Positions 11,518 through 23,409 of a DNA stretch of 36,521 nt are shown here, in pieces. The DNA lies in the NCBI GenBank assembly GCA_963514005.1, contig CAUPSL010001515.1:1-36521 (forward strand), given 5' to 3'. The position numbers and the translations under genes were made by a program. Source of the DNA: Raja brachyura. Taxonomy: Eukaryota. Numbering within the stretch: the first letter of the stretch is position 1; every line of letters begins with the position of its first letter. A model generated the notes under the pieces. That model did not search any database. It was not told the origin of the DNA and was given only the letters and a program-made list of their open reading frames with translations.

Positions 11518-11538
11518 AGACTTGTGGATTGAGTAAAG
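11518..11538 (+). CDS. TRBC: TRBC exon 2, connecting peptide with interchain Cys (ETCGLSK)
   Basis: Acceptor tttgttcttacag at 11517; donor AAG|gtgagt at 11539; 21 nt, phase 1/1, in frame with exons 1 and 3. A short Cys-bearing exon is typical of TRBC. Confidence 0.88.
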
Positions 11539-11554
11539 GTGAGTGGCTCTACTT

Positions 11555-12681
11555 AACATAGAAACATAGTAAATAGGTGCAGGAGTAGGCCATTCGGCCC
11601 TTCGAGCCTGCACCGCCATTCAATGTGATCATGGCTGATCATCCAACTCAGTATCCCGTACCTGCCTTCTCTCCATACCCCCTGATCCCTTTAGCCACAT
11701 GTGCCACATCTAACGCCCTCTTAAATATAGCCAATGAACTGGCCTCAACTACCTTCTGTGGCAGAGAATTCCAGAGACTCACCACTCTCCGTGTAAAGAA
11801 TGTTTTCCTCATTTCGGTCCTAAAGGAATTCCCCCTTATCCTTAGACTGTGACCCCTTGTTCTGGACTCCCCCAACATCGGGAACAATCTTCCAACATCT
11901 AGCTTGTCCAACCCCTTAAGAATTTTGTAAGTTTCTATAAGATCCCCCCTCAATCTTCTAAATTCCAGCGAGTACAAGCCGAGTCTATCCAATCTTTCCT
12001 CATATGAAAGTCCTGACATCCCAGGAATCAGTCTGGTGAATCTTCTCTGTACCCCCTCTATGGCAAGGATGTCTTTCCTCAGATTTGGAGACCAAAACTG
12101 TATGCAATACTCCAGGTGTGGCCTCACCAAAACCCTGTACAACTGCAGTAGAACCTCCCTGCTCCTATACTCAAATCATTTCGCTATGAATGCTAACATA
12201 CCATTTGCTTTCTTCACTGCCTGCTGCACCTGCATGCCTACTTTCAATGACTGGTGTACCATGACACCCAGGTCTCGTCGCATCTCCCCCTTTCCTAATC
12301 TGCCACCATTCAGATAATAGTCTACCCTCATATTTTTGCCACCAAAGTGGATAACCTCACATTTATCCACATTATACTGCATCTGCCATGCATCTGCCCA
12401 TTCACTCAGCCTATCCAAATCACCCTGCAGCCTCCAAGCATCCTCCTCACACCTAACTATACCCCCCAGCTTGGTATCATCTTCAAATTTGGAGATGTTG
12501 CATTGAATTCCCTCGTCCAAATCATTAATATATATTGTAAATAGCTGGGGTCCCAGCACTGAGCCTTGCGGCACCCCACTAGTCACTGCCTGCCATTCTG
12601 AAAAGGACCCGTTTACTCCTACCCTTTGCCTCCAGTCTGCTAGCCAGTTCTCTATCCACATCAATACTGAATCCCCAATAC
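11555..12681 (-). mobile_element. 5'-truncated CR1 LINE (RT C-terminal part and 3' UTR), same family as 16332-17381
   Basis: ORFs 12176-12664 and 11648-12142 are one frame broken by a single TGA at 12176-12178; catagaaa tail at about 11555. Confidence 0.92.
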
Positions 12682-12749
12682 ACTTTAAATATGTATACCG
12701 TCATTATTTTAAGACTGTTTACCCTTTCTGTGAGTTAAAACTTAATAGC

Positions 12750-14130
12750 CTCACAGAGCCATACATAGAGTGCAAAAATACACTTCAGCCAAACCTGCCC
12801 TCGCCAACCAACATGCCACACCTACTTTATTACCATCTTTCCGTTCTTGGCCCACGTCCCCCTAAAGCTTTCCTATCCAGTTAACTTTCCAAACATTTCT
12901 TAAACGTTGTGATGGTGCTTGCCAGAACTACCCCCCCCCCCCCCCCCCCCCCCCGGGAACATGTTTCATACAGCCACTGTGTAGAAAAATTGACTCTCAG
13001 GTTCCTATTAAACGCTTCTCCTGCTCATCCCCCTCACCGTACACATATCACCACTGGTTCTCGATGCTCCATAATCTGGGAAAAAGACTGTGCATCTACT
13101 TGCTCTATTCATCGCATGATTTTGAACAGCTCTATAAGATAACCCTCATCCTCCTACTTTCCAAGGATTAAAGTCCTAGCCTGACTCAAGCTTTCCCTGC
13201 AGCTCAGGCCCTCGAGTCATGGCAACATTTATGTAAATATTCATGGCATCCTTTCCGGCTTAACAACATCTTTCCATAAACAGGGTGACCACAACTGAAC
13301 ATCAATACTCAAAATGTAGCCTTACCGATGTCTAGTACAGCTACTATATTACCTATGTCCTCTGGGTCTTGATTCCCCTATCGTGGGGGTAAAAGACTGT
13401 ACATTTACCCGATCTATTCCCCTCATGATTTTATACAATATCAGATCACATCATCCTCCTGCGCTCCTAAGAATACATTTTTAGCCTGCTGAAACTCTCC
13501 CTAAAGCTCAGACCCCGAGTCCTGGCAACATTCTCGTAAATCTTCTCTGCACAATTTCCCGGACATCAACATATTCCCTATAACATGGTATATGTAGTCC
13601 AAATGTGGCCTCACCAAAGTCTCCCTGTAACAGTCGTTCCACATTTCTACACTCAATTCTCTGACAAATAAAGGTAATGTGCAAAGTCAGCCTCCGAGGA
13701 CGGCTACGGGAATGCGTCTGCCGACTCCAGCCGGGCCGGAGATACAGAGTCCCGGCCGCAGGGGGCAAATCTGACCAGTCAATCCGCCGCGGAAGTCCCG
13801 GTGAGGTCGAGATTAGCACCCATACTCGGCCTCAGCGTCGCATTTTCGAGACGGATTTCTGGGAGGGATTTCAAGTATGCTCTCGTAACATGTTAGAGCT
13901 AAAGGAAGTGCCAGACCACCAGTTGCTGGAAAATCAGTGGCGGCAATGTATATTTGTGTTCCCTCTTTCAGAGAATTATGGACTTGGACCACAAGATCCC
14001 TCTGTACATCGATGCCGTTGAGGTTCTTGGCATTAACTATATAATTCCCCCTTGCATACGACCTCCCAAAGTGCAACATCTCGCACGTGCTCAGATTACA
14101 CTCCAACCACCATTTTTCTACCCATTTATG
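12750..14130 (-). mobile_element. Tandem degenerate CR1 fragments in intron 2, with a GC-rich insert at about 13693-13945
   Basis: VQRRFTRMLPG and QRDLVVQVHNSLK motifs in ORFs 13508-13819 and 13813-14106. Confidence 0.65.
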
Positions 14131-14320
14131 TAGCTAATCTTTCTCCCACTGAATACTTTGACATATTTCCTCACGGTCCGCAACCCCAGCGTTTGTTCAT
14201 TCATAATCATCTGTTATGTGAAAGTGCCTATACTACTTCAGCAAGTAAGAATTGATCGTGTAATAAACTTAATTCTTAACTCCAGATGTTCTTTACCACA
14301 TCTTTATATTCCTTTAACAG

Positions 14321-14427
14321 AAGCTAAAGTTCAGACAATGCAAACTGCGAAACTGACTTACCTGATCCTGATTTGCAAGAGTATTCTCTATGGAATAATT
14401 GTTTCTGTATTAGCTTGCAAAGCCAAG
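14321..14427 (+). CDS. TRBC: TRBC exon 3, transmembrane (EAKVQTMQTAKLTYLILICKSILYGIIVSVLACKAK)
   Basis: Acceptor cctttaacag at 14320; donor AAG|gtaagt at 14428. Contains the conserved TCR-beta TM pattern Y.IL..KS.LY with the intramembrane Lys that contacts CD3. Confidence 0.93.
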
Positions 14428-14469
14428 GTAAGTCTTTCTGGAGAAAATAATCCAGATATATGTCCAAGA

Positions 14470-15045
14470 TATATATTGTTGAGTATAGAAGTTGTGAGAG
14501 CATGCTGCAGTTATATGAGATGTCGGGGAGCCAACAGCAATAGTATTGTGTTCCACTTTTGTCACCATTATAGGAAAGATGTTGTCAAACTTGAAAACTT
14601 CAAAGAGGATTTACTACGATGTTGCCAGGACTCGAGGGACTGAGCTGTAGATAGAGATTGAACAGGCTATGGCTTTATTCCATGGAACGCAGGAGGGCGA
14701 GAGGTGATCTTATAAAGGTGTACAAAATCATGAGAGGAATAGATCGGGTAGTCTTTTGCCCAGAGTATGGGGAACGAGAACCAGAGAACAAAGGTTAAGG
14801 TGGAAGGGGAAAGATTTACTGACAACCTGAGGGGTAACTTTTTTATACAAAGGATGGTGGGTGTATGGAATGAGCTGCCACAGGAGATGTTTCAGACAGG
14901 TACTATCGCACCTTTTAAGAAACATTTAGACAGGTACATGGATAGGGTAGATTTAGAAGGATATGGTACAAACGCCGGCAGTTGGACAAGTGTAGATTGG
15001 GCATGTTGGGCGGCATGAGCCTCTTTCCATGCTGTACGACTCTAT
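14470..15045 (+). mobile_element. CR1 3' fragment
   Basis: ORF 14767-15018: LRGNFFIQRMVGVWNELP...FKKHLDRYM. Confidence 0.75.
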
Positions 15046-15210
15046 ATCCACCTTTGAGGGTAATTGGAGCTATTTTTCATTGAGCTTGGAATCATTGAGT
15101 CGTAGAGTCATACCACACGGAAACACGCCCTTTGTCCCAACATGCCTATGCCGACCAAGATGCACCATCTACACTAGTCCCACCTGCCCGCGTTTGGCCC
15201 ATATCCCTCT

Positions 15211-15335
15211 CATAGAAACATAGAAACATAGAAAATAGGTGCAGGAGTAAGCCATTCGGCCCTTAGAGCCTGCACCGCCATTCAATATGATCATGGCTGA
15301 TCACCCAACTCAGTATCCTGTACCTGCCTTCTCTC
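15211..15335 (-). mobile_element. Very short 3' fragment of the same CR1 family inserted in an older CR1 3' end
   Basis: (catagaaa)x3 tail plus 3' UTR closely matching 11560-11670; the host sequence resumes after ctctc. Confidence 0.8.
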
Positions 15336-16331
15336 AAACTATCTTATCCATATACCTGTCAAAAAAACATTGTGATAGTAAATGCTTTAACTACCTCCTC
15401 CAGCAGCTCTGTCCATATACGCACCTCCGTCTGTGTGAAAAATGTGCCCCCCATGTTCATTAATCCTTTCCCCCACCCCCCCTCACTTTAAAGTATTTCC
15501 TTTGGCTCTCGATTCCTCAGCCATGGATAAAAGGCTCTGCGCTTTCAACCTATCTATTCTCCTCTTTTTTTCTAAAACTCCATACGATCACACCTCATCC
15601 TCCTCAGCTCCAAGGAAGACAGTCCTAGCCTGCATTTGAGTCTTGGCAATGTCCTTGTAAATCGTCCCTGTACTCATTTCAATATTAAACACAGGGACAC
15701 AAATTGCTGCAGTAACTGAGCAGGTCAGGCAGCATCTCTAGAGAACATGTATAGGGGTGAGATCGGTCTAGACCCAAAGCATCACGTATCGATAATCTAC
15801 AGAAACAGATACATGGACAGAACATGTTAAGAGGGATATTCTGTTTTGCTGTCGCGTGTACCGAGGATAAAGTGAATAACGTTTAGTGCAAACAAAGAAA
15901 CATAAAACATAGAAACATAGGTGCAGGAGTAGGCCATTCGGCCCTTCGCGCCTGCACCGCCATTCTATATGATCATGGCTGATCATCCAACTCAGTATCC
16001 TGTACCTGACTTATCGCCATACCCCCTGATCCCTTTAGCCACAAGGGCAACATCTAACTCACTCGTAAATATAGCCAATGAACTGGCCTCAACTATCTTC
16101 TGTGGCAGTGAATTCCACAGATTCACCACTCTCTGTTTGAAAAATGTGTTTTCTCATCTCGGTCCTGGAGGACTTCCCCCTTCCCTTAAAATGTGACCCC
16201 TTGTTCTGGACTTCCCGAACATCGGGAACAATCCTCCTGCATCTAGCCTGTCCCACCCCTTAAGAATTGTATACGTTTCTATAAGATCCCCCCTCAATCT
16301 TCTAAATTCTAGCGACTACAACCCAAGTCTA

Positions 16332-17381
16332 GTAGTGCAGTGACTAGTGGGGTACCGCAAGACTCAGTGCTGGGACCCCAGCTATTTACAATATACATAA
16401 ATGATCTGGATGAGGGAATTGAAGGCAATATCTCCAAGTTTGCGGATGACACTAAGCTGGGGGGCAGTGTTAGCTGTGAGGAGGATGCTAGGAGAATGCA
16501 AGGTGACTTGGATAGGTTGGGTGAGTGGGCAAATGTTTGGCAGATGCAGTATAATGTGGATAAATGTGAGGTTATCCACTTTGGTGGCAAAAATAGGAAA
16601 ACCGACTACTATCTAAATGGTGGCCGATTAGGAAAAGGGGAGATGCAGCGCGACCTGGGCGTCATGGTACACCAGTCATTGAAAGTAGGCATGCAGGTAC
16701 AGCAGGCAGTGACGAAAGCCAATGGTATGTTAGCTTTCATAGCAAAAGGATTTGAGTATAGGAGCAGGGAGGTTCTACTTCAGTTGTATAGGGTCTTGGT
16801 GAGGCCACACCTGGAGTATTGCGCACAGTTCTGGTCTCCAAATCTGAGGAAGGATATTATTGCCATAGAGGGAGTGCAGCGAAGGTTCACCAGACTGATT
16901 CCTGGGATGTCAGGACTGTCTTATGAACAAAGTCTGCATAGACTCGGTTTATACTCTCTAGAATTTAGGAGATTGAGAGGGGATCTTATAGAAACTTACA
17001 AGATTCTTAAGGGATTGGACAGGCTAGATGCAGGAAGATTGTTCCCGATGTTAGGGAGGTCCAGGACAAGGGGTCACAGCTTAAGGATAAGTGGGGAATC
17101 TTATAGGACCGAGATGAGAAGGAATTTTTTCACACAGAGAGTGGTGGGTCTCTGGAACTCTCTGCCACAGAGGGTAGTTGAGGCCAGTTCATTGGCTATA
17201 TTTAAGAGGGAGTTAGATGTGGCCCTTGTGGCTAAGGGGATCAGAGGGTATGGAGAGAAGGCAGGTACGGGATACTGAGTTGGATGATCAGCCATGATCA
17301 TATTGAATGGCGGTGCAGGCTCGAAGGGCCGAATGGCCTACTCCTGCACCTAATTTCTATGTTTCTATCTATGTTTCTATG
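16332..17381 (+). mobile_element. Young 5'-truncated CR1 LINE copy nested in opposite orientation
   Basis: Uninterrupted 312-aa ORF 16340-17278 (GVPQDSVLGP, YINDL, FADDTK, RPHLEYC); (ttctatgt)n tail; flanked by AGTCTA at 16326-16331 and 17382-17387. Confidence 0.92.
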
Positions 17382-20300
17382 AGTCTATCCAGTCCTTCTT
17401 CATATGAAAGTCCTACCATCCCAGGAATCAGTCTGGGGAACTTTACATGTACTTCCTCTATGGAAATAATGCATTTCCTCAGATTTGGAGACCAAAACTG
17501 CACGCAATACTCCAGGGGTGGTCTCACCAAAACCCTGTACAACTGCAGTAGAATCTCCCTGCTCTTATAGTCAAGTGATTTTGCTATGAATGCTAACAAA
17601 CCATTCGCTTTCTTCACTGCCTGCTGCACCTGCATGTCTACATTCAATGAATGGTGTACCATGACACCCAGGTATCGTTGCATCTCCCCTTTTCCTAATC
17701 GGTCACCATTCAGATAATAGTCTACTTTCCTGTTTTTTCCACCAAAGTGGATAACCTCACATTAATAAACATTGTACTGGATGTGTCATGCATTTGCAAA
17801 CTCACCCAATCTATCCAAGTCACCTTGCAGCCTCCTAGCATCCTCCTCACAGCTAAGACTGCCCCCCAGCTTCGTGTCATCCGCAAACTTGGAAATGTTG
17901 CATTCAATTCCCTCATCCAGATCATTAATATATATTGCAAATAGCTGGGGTCCCAGCACTGAGCCTTGCCGCTAGTCACTGCCTGCCATTCTGAAAAGGC
18001 AGACGTTTACTCCTACTCTTTGCTCCTACTCCGTTTACTCCTACTCTTTGCATCCTGTCTGCCAGCCAGTTCTCTATCCACATCAATACTGAACCCCCAA
18101 TACCGTGTGCTTTAAGTTTGCATTCTAATCTATTATGTGGGACCATGTCGAAAGCCTTCTGAAAGTCCAGATATAACACATCCACTTGTTCCCCCTTATC
18201 CACTCTATTAGTTTCATCCTCGAAACATTCTATACGATTCGTCAGACATGAGTTACCTTTCATAAAGCCATGCTGACTTTGCCCAATGATCTCGCCACTT
18301 TCCAAATGTGCTGCTATCCCATCTTTAATAACGGACACTAGCATTTTCCCTTTTACCGATGTTAGACAAACTGGTATGTAATTCCCCGTTTTCTCACTCC
18401 CTCCATTTTTACAAAAAACTGGGTTACATTAGCTACCCTCCAATCCTCAGGAACTACTCCAGAATCTAAAGAGTTATGAACGATTATTTCAGCATCCACT
18501 ATTTCTGGGGCTACTTCCTTAAGTACTCTGGGATGCAGCCTATCTGGCCCTGTGGATTTATCGGCCTTTAATCCATTCAATTTAGCTAATACCATTTCCA
18601 GGCTAACCTGGATTTCACTCAGTTCCTCCATCTCATTTCACCCACGGCCCCCTGCTATTTCCGGCAGATTATTAATGTATTCCTTAGTGAAGACAGAACC
18701 AAAGTAGTTATTCAATTGGTCTGCCAATTGAATAACTACGTCGTTGTTCCCCATGATCAATTCACCTGTTTCTGACTGCAAGGGACCTACATTTGTTTTA
18801 ACTAATCTTTTTTTCTTCACGTATCTATAAAAACGTTTGCATTCAGTTTTTATGTTCCCTGCCAGTATTCTTTCATAATCTATTTTCCCTTTCCTAATCA
18901 AGTCCTTTGTCCTCCTCTGCTGGTCTCTGAATTTCTCCCAGTCGTCTGGTAGGCTGTTTTTTCTGGCTAATTTGTAAGCTTCATCTTTTGTTTTGATACC
19001 ATCCCTGATTTCCTTTGTTATCCACGGATGCGCTACCTTCCCTGATTTATTATTTTGCCAAACTGGGATGAACAATTGATGTAGTTGATCCATGCGGCCT
19101 ATAAATGCCTTCCATTACATATCCACCGTCAACCCTTTAAGAATGAATTGCCAGTCTATGTTGGCAAATTCACGTCTCAAACCCGCAAAGTTACCTTTAT
19201 TTAAGTTGAGAACCCTTGTTTCTGAATTAACAATGTCACTCTCCATCCTAATGAAGAACTCAACCATATTATGGTCGTTCTTGCCCAAGGGGCCACGCAC
19301 AACAAGGCTGCTAACTAACACTTACTCAACATTACTCAATACCCAGTCTAGAATAGCCTGCTCTCTCGTTGGTTCCTCTACAACTTGGTTTAGAAACCTA
19401 TCACGCATACCAAGAAATCCTCTTTCTCAGCACCCCTGCCAATTTGATTTACCCAATCTATATGTAGATTGAAGTCACCCATTATTACTGTTTTACCTTT
19501 GTTGCACGCATTTCTAATTTCCTGTTTGATCCCATCCCCAACTCCACTATTACTGTTAGGTGGCCTGTACACTACTCCCACTAGCGTTTTCTACCCCTTA
19601 GTGTTTCGCAGCTCTACCCATATCGATTCCACATCCTCGAAGCGAATGTACTTCCTTTCTATTGCGTTACTCTCCAACCAGCAACGCTACCCCACGTCCG
19701 TTTCCTTTCTGTCTATCCCTCCTGAATATTGAATATCCATGGATGTTCAGCTCCCAGCCTTGGTCACCCTGGAGCCATGCCTCCGTGATCCCGACTATAT
19801 CACATTCATTAATAACTATCTGCACATTAAACTCGTCCACCTGATTACGAATGCTCCTTGCATTGAGTCATAAAGCCTTCAGGCTTGTTTTTACAACACT
19901 CTTACGCCTAATACAATTATGTTGAAAAGTAGCCCTTTTTGATTGTTGCCCTGGATTTGTCTGGCCTGCCACTTTTACTTTTCACCTTGCTACCAATTGC
20001 TTCTACCCACATTTTACACCCACCTGCCTCTCTGCTCGTGTACCTATCCCCCTGCCACATTAGTTTAAATCCTCCCCGATAGCACCAGCAAACACTCCAC
20101 AAGGACACTGGTTCCATTCCAGCCCGGGTGCAGACCGTCCTGTTTCTACTGGTCCCACCTCCCCCACAACTGCTTCCAATGCCCTAGAAATGTAATCCCC
20201 ACCCCCCCTTGCAACATTTTCCAAGCCACGTATTAATCTGCAATATTCTCCTATTTCTACTCTGACTAGCACGTGGCGCTGGTGGTAATCCATAGATTAT

Positions 20301-21065
20301 TACCTTTGAGGTCCTACTTTTAAGTTTATCTACGAGCTCCCTAAATTCCCTTGTTGGACCTCATCCCGTTTAATAACTATATAGTTGGTGCCAATGTGCA
20401 CCACGATAACTGGCTGTTCTCCTCCCCCTCCAGAATGTTCTGCAGCCGTTCAGTAACATGCCTGACCCTTGCACCAGGGATGCAACGTACCATCCTGGAG
20501 TCTCGTTTGCGGCCTCAGATACGCCTATTGAATCCCCTGGTGCTATAGCTCTTCCACTCTTTTTCCGCCCCTCCTGTGCAGTAGAGCCACCCATGGTGCC
20601 ATCAACTTGGCTGCTGCCGCCTTCACCTGAAGAGCCATCTCCCCCAACAGTATCCAAAATGGTATAACTGTTTAGGAGGGAGATGACTGCAGGGGACTCC
20701 TGCACGACCTGCCTACTGCTACGTTGGCTAATGGCCACCCGTTCCCTTCCTGTCCGCTTAACTTTTAACTGCGGTGTGGCCAACTCACTGTACGTGCTAT
20801 TCACGACTTTTTCAGCATCGTGATGCTCCAGTATTAGTGCAATCACAGCTCCAATCGTTCAATGCGGTCTGCCATGAGCTGCAGCTGGACACACTTCCTG
20901 CAAACGTAGTCACCAGGGACACCGACCATACCCCTGATCTCCCACATGTTGCAGGATGAGCAAACCATGGGGCCGATATCAAGTGACATGGCTTACCCCC
21001 AAATTAAATCAACTCACGCACACTATAAAAATCATAATCCTTTAAACTGTACACTTACTAAAGAC

Positions 21066-21126
21066 CACTGTACCCGTAACTCATTGTACCCTTAACTCAC
21101 TGAACCCTTAACTCCTTGTACCCTTA
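21066..21126. repeat. 16-bp tandem repeat, about 4 copies (CACTGTACCCTTAACT)
   Basis: Units start at 21066, 21082, 21098 and 21114. Confidence 0.8.
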
Positions 21127-21179
21127 GTGAAAATTGCCGAAAGAATAAATGTTGAGTTCCAATAAAATCTGATTAAAGA

Positions 21180-21620
21180 TAGTTCAACTATTTTAAATGA
21201 GGTACACGGGAGATCAGGACGGCACTCTAGTTCGTGAGATTGCGATTTAGTTGCCTGATAATAGCTGGGATTAAACTGTCCCGGAATCGTGAGGTATGCG
21301 TTTTCAAACTTCTGTACTTCGTCCCCGATTTGAGAGCGGAGAAGAGGCAGTCACCGGAGAGAGAATGCTCCTTGATTATGCTGGTGGCCTTGCCGGGACA
21401 GCGTGGTGTGGATAGATTCAATGTTTCAATTGCATTATTGTCTGTCCTGCGTCCACACCTCTTTGTGATTGCTTGTGGTCTTGAATGGAGATGTCCCCAA
21501 AACATGTTGCGATGCATCCCAACAAAATGCTTTCTACGGTACATCTGTAGAACTTGGTGAGGACGGTTGAGGACATGGCAATATCAAATATTCAGAGGAA
21601 GTAGAGGCATTGGTGTTTTT
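21180..21620 (-). mobile_element. Rex1/Babar-type LINE 3' fragment
   Basis: ORF 21227-21544: RCPGKATSIIKEHSLSGDCLFSALKSGTKYRSLKTHTSRFRDSLIPAIIRQLN. Confidence 0.7.
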
Positions 21621-21867
21621 ACCTGAGATATAGGCCAAACACGTGCAGGTGGGACGGGTGCAGATGGGACACCTTGATTAGCATGGGCAAGTAGAGCCAA
21701 ATAGCCGGTTTCGGTGCTGTATTGACTGATACATTCTATGCCGCTTCCATCTCTGCTTCTCTCTCACCCACACCCCTTCCACACTCCCGCTCCCCTCCTC
21801 CCTTGCCGTGTTCTTCATGTCAGGACCCTGCTGCATACTCAAATATTAATATTGTATCTTGTTTCAG

Positions 21868-21894
21868 ACATCTTACAACAAAAGGTTTGATTAA
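21868..21894 (+). CDS. TRBC: TRBC exon 4, cytoplasmic tail TSYNKRFD*
   Basis: Acceptor atcttgtttcag at 21867; phase 0 matches the end of exon 3; lies in a non-repeat island; stop TAA 21892-21894. Resembles chondrichthyan TCR-beta C-termini as I recall them (not checked). Confidence 0.8.
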   Translation, partial: TSYNKRFD

Positions 21895-21959
21895 TGGACC
21901 AAGGTGATTCAACAACAATGGTACAACAGTAAGGCATGTATCACACATTTTATAAATTC

Positions 21960-22640
21960 GGTTAGTTTACATTGAACAGTACAGCACAGGAATAGGCCAT
22001 TCAGCCCGCAACAATGTGCCAGAAACAATGCCAAATTAAACTGATCACCCCTGCATATCCATTTGCCTACCTAAAATCCTGTTAAACGCCACTATCGTAC
22101 CTGCGTCCACTACCACCCCCGGGAGCACATTGCAGGCCGCCACCCGCTCTTGAGTGAACAATACTTGCCCTGGGCATCTCATTTAAAATTTACCCCTCTC
22201 GTTTTAAATCTATGATATCTCATAATGTTATAGATGTCCATCAAGTCCCCCCTCAGTCTCTGGCATGCCAGAGAAAACAAGCCAAGTATGTCCAACCTCT
22301 CCTTGTACTTTAAACCCTCTAATACAGGCAGAATTCTGAAAACATATCTTCTTCTCCCTCCCCATTGTCTCCCTGGCATGAAAAATGATTTTTAAAGCTG
22401 CATCGTGACATCGTGACTTATATACAATGACCCGGCTGATGAAGCCAAGCACGCCATATGACTTATTTACCACTCGATCCACTTGCGTTGGCTTTTTCAG
22501 GGAGCTGTGGACTTGGAACAAAATCCCTCCGTACATCGATATCTTGACGGGTATTGGCATTAACTGTACACGGTCTCCTTACATGCAACCCCCCCACGTA
22601 AAACATATCGCACTTGCTCAGCTTAATATCTATATGTCCT
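21960..22640 (-). mobile_element. Degenerate CR1 fragments
   Basis: YKERLDILGLFSL..RLRGDL in ORF 22179-22379. Confidence 0.65.
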
Positions 22641-22659
22641 TTCCATGGCCATTTATGTA

Positions 22660-22800
22660 GCAGTGATAGAGCCACTGCATCACAGCAGCAGAGACCCAAG
22701 GTAGATCCTGAACCTCGGTTGCTGTCGTTCAGGAGTTTGCATATTCTCCCTGTGACAACGTTGGATTCCACCGAGTGCTCCGATTTTCTCCCACGTCCCG
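22660..22800 (+). mobile_element. Truncated V-type SINE
   Basis: Degenerate match to the same SINE head and core. Confidence 0.6.
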
Positions 22801-22850
22801 ATTTTCTGATCTTTGATTTTATATGAATGTTTCTTGATTTCATTAATGTA

Positions 22851-23400
22851 CTAGACCAAGTGCAGACTCGTTGGGTCTGCTCTCCCAACGCACCCGTTCC
22901 CCACCCGTAGCACCCACGGGAGGCGTGGTTCTCCTACTCAACCATTTCCCGAACATAAGATTCCAGCACTCCTCTTCCTCCCCAGCCCCACAGGACTTGA
23001 AATAAAAAATCCCAATTGCACTTGCCCAATTGCAATACAAATTCACCCTCCCCCCCCCCCCCCCCGCCCCCCCCCCCCCCGCCCTGCTGGGAGCTATGAA
23101 GGCAACGATGTTGCAAATGTCGGGTGCACTTGTGATATGCCATTGACTTGAAAAGTTCAGAGTGTTCCTGATTGCAACTTTAAAATGGAAGTGTGTTGGA
23201 AGCTGTGAGAAATGATTTTAACAGTAAAATTGTTTTCAATGTTTACGTTTTTAAACTTTATTCGTAATAATTCGATAAATAAAGCACGAAATGTTAACAT
23301 AAGGTGATTGCGGCCTCGACGGGAAAAATGGCAGCCGGAATATGTAAAAAATATTTATCGTTTCCGCGTTGTTGTTTTTCGAAGATGTAAAGAGATTGAT
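22851..23400 (-). mobile_element. Non-autonomous Helitron-like element
   Basis: The minus strand ends GCAGACCC-AAC-GAGTCTGC (hairpin, 22862-22880) + ACTTGGTCTAG|T, the canonical Helitron 3' hairpin and CTAG. The 5' end is not defined. Confidence 0.6.
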
Positions 23401-23409
23401 GTAAACAAA

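Larger units (their letters stand above)
15891..21130 (-). mobile_element. Near full-length degenerate CR1-clade LINE (ORF1 + ORF2) in TRBC intron 3, interrupted by a nested copy
   Basis: 3' tail of catagaaa-like repeats at about 15891. RT pieces (YLDFQKAFD in ORF 17976-18344). APE endonuclease motifs GVVYRPPN and MGDFN (ORF 19390-19581). ORF1 esterase-like GDS region (20370-20846). ORF1 start at 20989: MSLDIGPMVCSSCNMWEI...DYVCRKCVQLQL (CxxC..CxxC). Multiple stops and frameshifts. Confidence 0.9.

Noticed and set aside
14158-14643. 161-aa ORF as a standalone membrane protein
   Set aside because: Only 14321-14427 is exon; the flanks are intron and CR1 sequence.
16340-17278. Domesticated RT gene or retron/DGR-like system acting on the TCR
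   Set aside because: It is a 5'-truncated CR1 lacking the N-terminal RT motifs and the endonuclease, with a LINE tail and TSD.
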